Below, one piece after another: positions 23,940-34,321 of a DNA stretch of 64,000 bases. Below the pieces are notes generated by a model. The model worked only from the letters and a program-made list of their open reading frames with translations, had not been told where the DNA came from and made no database searches. The stretch spans positions 39,990,001 through 40,054,000 of the forward strand of contig NC_091283.1 of assembly GCF_032444005.1 (NCBI RefSeq), read 5' to 3'. How positions within the stretch are numbered: the first letter of the stretch is position 1; every line of letters starts with the position of its first letter. The stretch comes from Ranitomeya imitator. Lineage: Eukaryota. The translations under genes were made by a program, and so were the position numbers.

Positions 23940-26900
23940 TGTTGTGAATACTGTGGCTGAATTCACTCCTGTGGTCACAAGTGGTACTGCAGCTTCTGAG
24001 CTTCCTCCCTCAGGTGTTCTGGTGAGCTCGTTAACTGCTTCATTACTTAACTCCGCCTGATGCTGCTATCCTTGCTCCTTGTCAATGTTTCAGTGTTGGA
24101 TCTGAGCTTCTCCTGATTGTTCCTGTGACCTGCTGCTCTGTATAGCTAAGTGCTTTTTGCTTTTTTGTTGCTTTTTTTCTGTCCAGCTTGTCTTTTGTTT
24201 TGCTGGAAGCTCTGAGACGCAAAGGGTGTACCGCCGTGCCGTTAGTTCGGCACGGTGGGTTTTTTTTGCCCCCTTTGCGTGGTTTTGCTTTAGGGTTTTT
24301 TGTAGACTGCAAAGTTCGCTTTACTGTCCTCGCTCTGTCCTAGAATATCGGGCCCCTCTTTGCTGAATCTATTTCATCCCTACGTTTTGTCTTTTCATCT
24401 TACTCACAGTCATTATATGTGGGGGGCTGCCTTTTCCTTTGGGGAATTTCTCTGGGGCAAGTCAGGCCTATTGTTCTATCTTCAGGCTAGCTAGTTTCTT
24501 AGGCTGTGCCGAGTTGCCTAGGTAGTTGTTAGGCGCAATCCACAGCCGCTTTTAGTTGTGTTTAGGATAGGATCAGGTGTGCAGTCTACAGAGTTTCCAC
24601 GTCTCAGAGCTCGTTCTTGTATTTTTGGGTATTTGTCAGATCACTGTGTGCGCTCTGATCGCTAACCACACTGTGTTTCTGGATTGCCTTCATAACACCT
24701 GTCATTAGCTTACATAACAGTACAAGGAGCCTAACTAATGATTCTCAATAGAGGGAAAGAAAAAGTTCTGACATCATTTTTTTTTTTTTTTCTGCTCTGT
24801 GTTCACTTTTTTTTTTCCCCCCTAGACATTTGGGTGATTCTGGACACAGGTGTGGACATGGATATTCAGGGTCTGTGCTCTTCAATGGATAATCTCGTTA
24901 TAAATGTACAAAAAATTCAAGATACTATTGATCAGAAATCTATGTTAGAACCAAGAATTCCTATTCCTGATTTGTTTTTTGGAGATAGAACTAAGTTTCT
25001 AAGTTTCAAAAATAATTGTAAGCTATTTCTGGCCTTGAAACCTCATTCTTCTGGTAATCCTATTCAACAGGTTTTGATTGTTATTTCTTTTTTGCGCGGC
25101 GACCCTCAAGACTGGGCATTTTCTCTTGCGCCAGGAGACCCTGCATTGAGTAGTGTCGATGCGTTTTTCCTGGCGCTCGGATTGCTGTACGATGAGCCTA
25201 ATTCAGTGGATCAGGCTGAGAAAAAGTTGCTGGCTTTGTGCCAGGGTCAGGATGATATAGAAGTATATTGTCAGAAATTTAGGAAATGGTCAGTACTCAC
25301 TCAGTGGAATGAATCTGCGCTGGCAGCTTTGTTCAGAAAGGGTCTCTCTGAGGCTCTTAAGGATGTCATGGTGGGATTTCCTATGCCTGCTGGTTTGAAT
25401 GAGTCTTTGTCTTTGGCCATTCAGATCGGTCGACGCTTGCGCGAGCGTAAATCTGTGCACCATTTGGCGGTACTGCCTGAGGTTAAACCTGAGCCTATGC
25501 AGTGCGATAGGACTATGACTAGAGTTGAACGGCAGGAATACAGACGTCTGAATGGTCTGTGTTTCTACTGTGGTGATTCCACTCATGCTATTTCTGATTG
25601 TCCTAAGCGCACTAAGCGGTCCGCTAGGTCTGCCGTCATTGGTACTGTACAGTCCAAATTCCTTCTGTCCATTACCTTGATATGCTCTTTGTCGTCGTTT
25701 TCTGTCATGGCGTTTGTGGATTCGGGCGCTGCCCTGAATCTGATGGATTTGGATTATGCTAAACGTTGTGGGTTTTTCTTGGAGCCTTTGCGGTGTCCTA
25801 TTCCATTGAGAGGAATTGATGCTACACCTTTGGCCAAGAATAAACCTCAATACTGGGCCCAGCTGACCATGTGCATGGCTCCTGCACATCAGGAAGTTAT
25901 TCGCTTTCTAGTGTTGCATAATCTGCATGATGTGGTCGTGTTGGGGTTGCCATGGCTACAAACCCATAATCCAGTATTGGATTGGAATTCCATGTCGGTA
26001 TCCAGCTGGGGTTGTCAGGGGGTACATGGTGATGTTCCATTTTTGTCGATTTCGTCATCCACCCCTTCTGAGGTCCCAGAGTTCTTGTCGGATTATCAGG
26101 ATGTATTTGAAGAGCCCAAGTCCGATGCCCTACCTCCGCATAGGGATTGTGATTGTGCTATCAATTTGATTCCTGGTAGTAAATTCCCTAAAGGTCGATT
26201 ATTTAATTTATCCGTGCCCGAACACGCCGCTATGCACAGTTATGTGAAGGAATCCCTGGAGAAGGGACATATTCGCCCATCGTCATCACCACTGGGAGCA
26301 GGGTTCTTCTTTGTAGCCAAGAAGGATGATTCGCTGAGACCGTGTATTGATTACCACCTTCTTAATAAGATCACTGTTAAATTTCAGTATCCCTTGCCAT
26401 TGTTATCTGACTTGTTTGCTCGGATTAAGGGGGCTAGTTGGTTCACTAAGATAGATCTTCGTGGTGCGTATAATCTGGTGGGAATCAGGCAAGGAGATGA
26501 ATGGAAAACTGCATTCAATACGCCCGAGGGTCATTTTGAGTATCTAGTGATGCCGTTCGGACTTGCCAATGCTCCATCTGTGTTTCAGTCTTTTATGCAT
26601 GACATCTTCCGTGAGTATCTGGATAAATTCCTGATTGTTTACTTGGATGACATTTTGATCTTCTCAGATGATTGGGAGTCTCATGTGAAGCAGGTCAGAA
26701 TGGTTTTTCAGGTCCTGCGTGCTAACTCTTTGTTTGTGAAGGGATCAAAGTGTCTCTTCGGTGTGCAGAAAGTTTCATTTTTGGGGTTCATCTTTACCCC
26801 TTCTACTATCGAGATGGATCCAGTTAAGGTCCAAGCCATCCAGGATTGGATTCAGCCGACATCTCTGAAAAGTCTGCAAAAGTTCCTGGGCTTTGCTAAT

Positions 26901-29698
26901 TTTTATCGTCCCTTCATCTGTAATTTTTCTAGCATTGCCAAACCATTGACCGATTTGACCAAGAAGGGTGCTGATTTGGTTAATTGGTCTTCTGCTGCTG
27001 TGGAAGCTTTTCAGGAGTTGAAGCGTCGTTTTTGTTCTGCCCCTGTGTTGTGTCAGCCAGATGTTTCTCTTCCGTTCCAGGTCGAGGTTGATGCTTCTGA
27101 GATTGGAGCAGGGGCGGTTTTGTCACAGAGAGGTTCTGATTGCTCAGTGATGAAACCATGTGCTTTCTTTTCCAGGAAGTTTTCGCCCGCTGAGCGTAAT
27201 TATGATGTGGGCAATCGAGAGTTGCTGGCCATGAAGTGGGCATTCGAGGAGTGGCGTCATTGGCTTGAAGGAGCTAAGCATCGCGTGGTGGTATTGACTG
27301 ATCATAAGAACTTGACTTATCTCGAGTCTGCCAAGCGCTTGAATCCTAGACAGGCCCGTTGGTCGTTATTTTTTGCCCGCTTCGACTTTGTGATTTCGTA
27401 CCTTCCGGGCTCTAAAAATGTGAAGGCGGATGCTCTGTCTAGGAGTTTTGTGCCCGACTCTCCGGGTTTATCTGAGCCAGCGGGTATCCTCAAGGAAGGA
27501 GTCATTGTGTCTGCCATCTCCCCTGATTTGCGGCGGGTGCTGCAAAAATTTCAGGCGAATAAACCTGATCGTTGTCCAGCAGAGAAACTGTTCGTCCCTG
27601 ATAGGTGGACTAATAAACTCATCTCTGAACTTCATTGTTCGGTGTTGGCTGGTCATCCTGGAATCTTTGGTACCAGAGAGTTAGTGGCTAGATCCTTCTG
27701 GTGGCCATCTCTGTCACGGGATGTACGTACTTTTGTGCAGTCCTGTGGGATTTGTGCTAGGGCTAAGCCCTGCTGTTCTCGTGCCAGTGGGTTGCTTTTG
27801 CCCTTGCCGGTCCCAAAGAGGCCTTGGACACATATTTCGATGGATTTCATTTCTGACCTTCCCGTTTCTCAAAAGATGTCAGTCATTTGGGTGGTCTGTG
27901 ATCGCTTTTCTAAAATGGTCCATCTGGTGCCCTTGGCTAAATTGCCTTCCTCCTCTGATTTGGTACCTTTGTTCTTTCAGCATGTGGTTCGGTTGCATGG
28001 CATTCCTGAGAATATTGTTTCTGACAGAGGTTCCCAGTTTGTTTCAAGGTTTTGGCGAGCCTTTTGTGGTAGGATGGGCATTGACCTATTCTTTTCCTCG
28101 GCTTTCCATCCTCAGACTAATGGCCAGACCGAACGAACCAATCAGACCTTGGAAACATATCTGAGATGTTTTGTTTCTGCAGACCAGAATGATTGGGTGT
28201 CCTTTTTGCCGTTGGCTGAGTTCGCCCTTAATAATCGGGCCAGCTCGGCTACCTTGGTTTCTCCATTTTTTTGCAATTCTGGGTTCCATCCTCGTTTCTC
28301 TTCAGGACAGGTTGAGTCTTCGGACTGTCCTGGTGTGGATTCTGTGGTGGATAGGTTGCAGCAGATCTGGACTCAGGTAGTGGACAATTTGATCTTGTCC
28401 CAGGAGAAAGCTCAACTTTTCGCTAATCGCAGACGCCGTGTGGGTCCCCGACTTCGTGTTGGGGATCTGGTTTGGTTATCTTCTCGTCATATTCCTATGA
28501 AGGTTTCCTCTCCTAAATTTAAACCTCGTTTTATTGGTCCGTATAGGATTTCTGAGGTTCTCAATCCTGTGTCTTTTCGTTTGACCCTCCCAGACTCCTT
28601 TTCCATACATAATGTATTCCATAGGTCGTTGTTGCGGAGATACGTGGCACCTATGGTTCCATCTGTTGAGCCTCCTGCCTCGGTTTTGGTGGAGGGGGAA
28701 TTGGAGTATATTGTGGAGAAGATTTTGGATTCTCGTGTTTCTAGACGGAAACTCCAGTATCTGGTTAAATGGAAGGGTTATGCTCAGGAAGATAATTCCT
28801 GGGTTTTTGCCTCTGATGTTCATGCTTCCGATCTTGTTCGTGCCTTTCATGCGGCTCATCCTGGTCGGCCTGGGGGCTCTAGTGAGGGTTCGGTGACCCC
28901 TCCTCAAGGGGGGGGTACTGTTGTGAATTCTGTGGCTGAATTCACTCCTGTGGTCACAAGTGGTACTGCAGCTTCTGAGCTTCCTCCCTCAGGTGTTCTG
29001 GTGAGCTCGTTAACTGCTTCATTACTTAACTCCGCCTGATGCTGCTATCCTTGCTCCTTGTCAATGTTTCAGTGTTGGATCTGAGCTTCTCCTGATTGTT
29101 CCTGTGACCTGCTGCTCTGTATAGCTAAGTGCTTTTTGCTTTTTTGTTGCTTTTTTTCTGTCCAGCTTGTCTTTTGTTTTGCTGGAAGCTCTGAGACGCA
29201 AAGGGTGTACCGCCGTGCCGTTAGTTCGGCACGGTGGGGTTTTTTTGCCCCCTTTGCGTGGTTTTGCTTTAGGGTTTTTTGTAGACTGCAAAGTTCGCTT
29301 TACTGTCCTCGCTCTGTCCTAGAATATCGGGCCCCTCTTTGCTGAATCTATTTCATCCCTACGTTTTGTCTTTTCATCTTACTCACAGTCATTATATGTG
29401 GGGGGCTGCCTTTTCCTTTGGGGAATTTCTCTGGGGCAAGTCAGGCCTATTTTTCTATCCTCAGGCTAGCTAGTTTCTTAGGCTGTGCCGAGTTGCCTAG
29501 GTAGTTGTTAGGCGCAATCCACAGCCGCTTTTAGTTGTGTTTAGGATAGGATCAGGTGTGCAGTCTACAGAGTTTCCACGTCTCAGAGCTCGTTCTTGTA
29601 TTTTTGGGTATTTGTCAGATCACTGTGTGCGCTCTGATCGCTAAGCACACTGTGTTTCTGGATTGCCTTCATAACACCTGTCATTAGCTTACATAACA
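23940..29698 (+). mobile_element. Ty3/Gypsy chromodomain LTR retrotransposon B, intact (LTRs 23940-24719 and 28919-29698)
   Basis: 780-bp LTRs with about 5 differences by eye; TSD gggaag; PPT AAGGGGGGGG. Confidence 0.96.
24738..29039 (+). CDS. Single-ORF Gag-PR-RT-RNaseH-IN-chromodomain polyprotein (1433 aa; functional start possibly MDIQG)
   Basis: [27 protein letters not shown] zinc finger, GPY, EYIVEKILDSR...YLVKWKGY. Confidence 0.95.
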   Translation: MILNRGKEKVLTSFFFFFLLCVHFFFSPLDIWVILDTGVDMDIQGLCSSMDNLVINVQKIQDTIDQKSMLEPRIPIPDLFFGDRTKFLSFKNNCKLFLALKPHSSGNPIQQVLIVISFLRGDPQDWAFSLAPGDPALSSVDAFFLALGLLYDEPNSVDQAEKKLLALCQGQDDIEVYCQKFRKWSVLTQWNESALAALFRKGLSEALKDVMVGFPMPAGLNESLSLAIQIGRRLRERKSVHHLAVLPEVKPEPMQCDRTMTRVERQEYRRLNGLCFYCGDSTHAISDCPKRTKRSARSAVIGTVQSKFLLSITLICSLSSFSVMAFVDSGAALNLMDLDYAKRCGFFLEPLRCPIPLRGIDATPLAKNKPQYWAQLTMCMAPAHQEVIRFLVLHNLHDVVVLGLPWLQTHNPVLDWNSMSVSSWGCQGVHGDVPFLSISSSTPSEVPEFLSDYQDVFEEPKSDALPPHRDCDCAINLIPGSKFPKGRLFNLSVPEHAAMHSYVKESLEKGHIRPSSSPLGAGFFFVAKKDDSLRPCIDYHLLNKITVKFQYPLPLLSDLFARIKGASWFTKIDLRGAYNLVGIRQGDEWKTAFNTPEGHFEYLVMPFGLANAPSVFQSFMHDIFREYLDKFLIVYLDDILIFSDDWESHVKQVRMVFQVLRANSLFVKGSKCLFGVQKVSFLGFIFTPSTIEMDPVKVQAIQDWIQPTSLKSLQKFLGFANFYRPFICNFSSIAKPLTDLTKKGADLVNWSSAAVEAFQELKRRFCSAPVLCQPDVSLPFQVEVDASEIGAGAVLSQRGSDCSVMKPCAFFSRKFSPAERNYDVGNRELLAMKWAFEEWRHWLEGAKHRVVVLTDHKNLTYLESAKRLNPRQARWSLFFARFDFVISYLPGSKNVKADALSRSFVPDSPGLSEPAGILKEGVIVSAISPDLRRVLQKFQANKPDRCPAEKLFVPDRWTNKLISELHCSVLAGHPGIFGTRELVARSFWWPSLSRDVRTFVQSCGICARAKPCCSRASGLLLPLPVPKRPWTHISMDFISDLPVSQKMSVIWVVCDRFSKMVHLVPLAKLPSSSDLVPLFFQHVVRLHGIPENIVSDRGSQFVSRFWRAFCGRMGIDLFFSSAFHPQTNGQTERTNQTLETYLRCFVSADQNDWVSFLPLAEFALNNRASSATLVSPFFCNSGFHPRFSSGQVESSDCPGVDSVVDRLQQIWTQVVDNLILSQEKAQLFANRRRRVGPRLRVGDLVWLSSRHIPMKVSSPKFKPRFIGPYRISEVLNPVSFRLTLPDSFSIHNVFHRSLLRRYVAPMVPSVEPPASVLVEGELEYIVEKILDSRVSRRKLQYLVKWKGYAQEDNSWVFASDVHASDLVRAFHAAHPGRPGGSSEGSVTPPQGGGTVVNSVAEFTPVVTSGTAASELPPSGVLVSSLTASLLNSA

Positions 29699-30133
29699 GG
29701 GAAGATAACTTTGCGGTCAGCACAAAAACCTATAAAAAACCACGCAGAGGGGACAAAAAGACCCTCCGCACCGACTAACGGTACGGAGGTGGTCCCTCTG
29801 CGTCTCAGAGCTTCCAGCAGGCGAGAAAAACCAATAAAGCAAGCTGGACAGAAAAATAGCAACAAAATAACATAAGCAAAACTTAGCTTTGCAGAGCAGC
29901 AAGCCACAGGAATGATCCAGGGAAAAAACAAGTCCCACACTGAAACATTGACAGGAAGCATAGATCAAAGCATCAGGTGGAGTTAAGTAGAGAAGAAGCT
30001 AACGAGCTCACCAGATCACCTGAGGGAGGAAACTCAGAAGCTGCAGTACCACTTTCCTCCACAAACGGAAGATCCCAGAGAGAATCAGCCGAAGTACCAC
30101 TTGTGACCACAGGAGTGAACTCTGCCACAGAAT

Positions 30134-33100
30134 TCACAACAGTACCCCCCCTTGAGGAGGGGTCACCGAACCCTCACCAGAGCCCACAGGCCGACCAGGA
30201 TGAGCCACATGAAAGGCACGAACAAGATCGGGAGCATGGACATCAGAGGCAAAAACCCAGGAATTATCCTCCTGAGCATAACCCTTCCATTTAACCAGAT
30301 ACTGGAGTTTCCGTCTTGAAACACGAGAATCCAAAATCTTCTCCACAATATACTCCAATTCCCCCTCCACCAAAACTGGGGCAGGAGGCTCAACAGATGG
30401 AACCATAGGTGCCACGTATCTCCGCAACAATGACCTATGGAATACGTTATGTATGGAAAAAGAATCTGGAAGGGTCAGACGAAAAGACACAGGATTAAGA
30501 ACCTCAGAAATCCTATACGGACCAATAAAACGAGGTTTAAACTTAGGAGAGGAAACCTTCATAGGAATATGACGAGAAGATAACCAAACCAGATCCCCAA
30601 CACGAAGTCGGGGACCCACACGGCGTCTGCGATTAGCGAAAAGTTGAGCCTTCTCCTGGGACAAGGTCAAATTGTCCACTACCTGAGTCCAAATCTGCTG
30701 CAACCTGTCCACCACAGTATCCACACCAGGACAGTCCGAAGACTCAACCTGTCCAGAAGAGAAACGAGGATGGAACCCAGAATTGCAGAAAAACGGTGAA
30801 ACCAAGGTAGCCGAGCTGGCCCGATTATTAAGGTCGAACTCAGCCAAAGGCAAAAAGGACACCCAGTCATCCTGATCAGCAGAAACAAAGCACCTCAGAT
30901 ATGTTTCCAAGGTCTGATTGGTTCGCTCGGTCTGGCCATTAGTCTGAGGATGGAAAGCCGAGGAAAAAGACAAGTCAATGCCCATCCTACCACAAAAGGC
31001 TCGCCAAAACCTCGAAACAAACTGGGAACCTCTGTCAGAAACAATATTCTCTGGAATGCCATGCAAACGAACCACATGCTGGAAGAACAAAGGCACCAAA
31101 TTAGAGGAGGAAGGCAATTTAGACAAGGGTACCAGATGGACCATCTTAGAAAAGCGATCACAGACCACCCAAATGACTGACATCTTTTGAGAAACGGGAA
31201 GGTCAGAAATAAAATCCATAGAGATATGTGTCCAAGGCCTCTTCGGGACCGGCAAGGGCAAAAGCAACCCACTGGCACGAGAACAGCAGGGCTTAGCCCG
31301 AGCACAAATCCCACAGGACTGCACAAAAGCACGCACATCCCGCGACAGAGAGGGCCACCAAAAGGATCTAGCCACTAACTCTCTGGTACCAAAGATTCCA
31401 GGATGACCAGCCAACACCGAACAATGAAGTTCAGAGATAACTCTATTCGTCCACCTATCAGGGACAAACAGTTTCTCCGCTGGGCAACGATCAGGTTTAT
31501 TAGCTTGAAATTTTTGCAGCACCCGCCGCAAATCAGGGGAGATGGCAGACACAATTACTCCTTCCTTGAGGATACCCGCCGGCTCAGATAAACCCGGAGA
31601 GTCGGGTACAAAACTCCTAGACAGAGCATCCGCCTTCACATTTTTAGAGCCCGGAAGGTGCGAAATCACAAAGTCAAAACGGGCAAAAAACAACGACCAA
31701 CGAGCTTGTCTAGGATTCAAGCGCTTGGCAGACTCGAGATAAGTCAAGTTCTTATGATCAGTCAATACCACCACGCGATGCTTAGCTCCTTCAAGCCAAT
31801 GACGCCACTCCTCGAATGCCCACTTCATGGCCAGCAACTCTCGGTTGCCCACATCATAATTACGCTCAGCAGGCGAAAACTTCCTGGAAAAGAAGGCGCA
31901 CGGTTTCATCACTGAGCAATCAGAACCTCTCTGCGACAAAACAGCCCCTGCTCCAATCTCAGAAGCATCAACCTCGACCTGGAACGGAAGAGAAACATCT
32001 GGTTGACACAACACAGGGGCAGAAGATAAACGACGCTTCAACTCTTGAAAAGCTTCCACAGCAGCAGAAGACCAATTGACCACATCAGCACCCTTCTTGG
32101 TCAAATCGGTCAATGGTTTAGCAATACTAGAAAAATTGCAGATGAAGCGACGATAAAAATTAGCAAAGCCCAGGAACTTTTGCAGACTTTTCAGAGATGT
32201 CGGCTGAGTCCAATCATGGATGGCTTGGACCTTAACAGGATCCATCTCGATAGTAGAAGGGGAAAAGATGAACCCCAAAAATGAAACCTTCTGCACACCA
32301 AAGAGACACTTTGATCCCTTCACAAACAAAGAATTAGCACACAGGACCTGAAAAACCGTTCTGACCTGCTTCACATGAGACTCCCAATCATCCGAGAAGA
32401 TCAAAATGTCATCCAAGTACACAATCAGGAATTTATCCAGGTACTCTCGGAAGATGTCATGCATAAAGGACTGAAACACTGATGGAGCATTGGCAAGTCC
32501 GAACGGCATCACGAGATACTCAAAATGACCCTCGGGCGTATTAAATGCAGTTTTCCATTCATCACCTTACTTAATTCGCACCAGATTATACGCACCACGA
32601 AGATCTATCTTTGTGAACCAACTAGCCCCCTTAATCCGAGCAAACAGATCAGATAACAATGGCAAGGGGTACTGAAATTTAACCGTGATCTTATTAAGAA
32701 GGCGGTAATCTATACAAGGTCTCAGCGAACCATCCTTCTTGGCTACAAAAAAGAACCCTGCTCCTAATGGCGACGATGACGGGCGAATATGCCCCTTCTC
32801 CAGGGATTCCTTCACATAACTGCGCATAGCGGTGTGCTCAGGCACAGATAAATTAAACAGTCGACCTTTTGGGAATTTACTACCAGGAATCAAATTGATA
32901 GTACAATCACAATCCCTATGCGGAGGTAGGGTATTGGACTTGGGCTCATCAAATATATCCCGGTAATCAGACAAGAACTCTGGAACCTCAGAAGGGGTGG
33001 ATGACGAAATTGACAGAAATGGAACATCACCATGTACCCCCTGACAACCCCAGCTGGACACCGACATGGATTTCCAATCTAATACTGGATTATGGGCTTG

Positions 33101-34321
33101 TAGCCATGGCAACCCCAACACGACCAAATCATGCAGATTATGCAACACCAGAAAGCGAATAACCTCCTGATGTGCAGGAGCCATGCACATGGTCAGCTGG
33201 GTCCAGTATTGAGGCTTATTCTTGGCCAAAGGTGTAGCATCAATTCCTCTCAATGGAATAGGACACTGCAAGGGCTCCAAGAAAAACCGACAACGCTTAG
33301 CATATTCCAAGTCCATCAAATTCAGGGCAGCGCCTGAATCCACAAATGCCATGACAGAATATGATGACAAAGAGCAGATCAAGGTAACGGACAGAAGAAA
33401 TTTTGACTGTACAGTACCAATGGTGGCAGACCTAGCGAACCGCTTAGTGCGCTTAGGACAATCAGAGATAGCATGAGTGGAATCACCACAGTAGAAACAC
33501 AGACCATTCAGACGTCTGTGTTCTTGCCGTTCAACTCTGGTCAAGGTCCTATCACACTGCATAGGCTCAGATTTAAGCTCAGGTAATACCGCCAAATGGT
33601 GCACAGGTTTACGCTCACGCAAGCGTCGACCGATCTGAATGGCCAAAGACATAGACTCATTCAAACCAGCAGGCATAGGAAATCCCACCATGACATCCTT
33701 AAGGGCTTCAGAGAGACCCTTTCTGAATATTGCTGCCAGCGCAGATTCATTCCATTGAGTGAGCACTGACCACTTTCTAAATTTCTGACAATATACCTCT
33801 ATCTCATCCTGAGCCTGACAAAGAGCCAGCAAATTTTTTTCTGCCTGATCCACTGAATTAGGCTCATCGTACAGCAACCCAAGCGCCAGGAAAAACGCAT
33901 CGATATTACTCAATGCAGGATCTCCTGACGCAAGAGAAAACGCCCAGTCCTGAGGGTCGCCGCGCAAAAAAGAAATGACGATCCTAACCTGTTGAATTGG
34001 GTCACCAGAAGAGCGAGGTTTCAAAGCCAGAAATAGTTTACAATTATTTTTGAAACTCAGAAATTTAATTCTATCTCCAAAAAACAAATCTGGAATAGGA
34101 ATTCTCGGTTCAAGCAAAGAATTCTGGACCACAAAATCTTGAATATTTTGAACTCTTGCCGTGAGCTGATCCACACATGAAGACAGACATTTAATGTCCA
34201 TTGCTACACCTGTGTCCTGAACCACCCAAATGTCTAGGGGAAAAAAAAGACAAAACACAGTGCAAAGAAAAAAAAATGGTCTCAGAACTTCTTTTTTCCC
34301 TCTATTGAGAATCATTAGCAC
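30134..34321 (-). pseudogene. Element A gag-pol with a single in-frame TAA (32567-32569)
   Basis: Gag CX2CX4HX4C, protease FVDSGA, RT YLDD, RNase H, integrase, chromodomain; TAA lies where element B has CAA. Confidence 0.92.
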
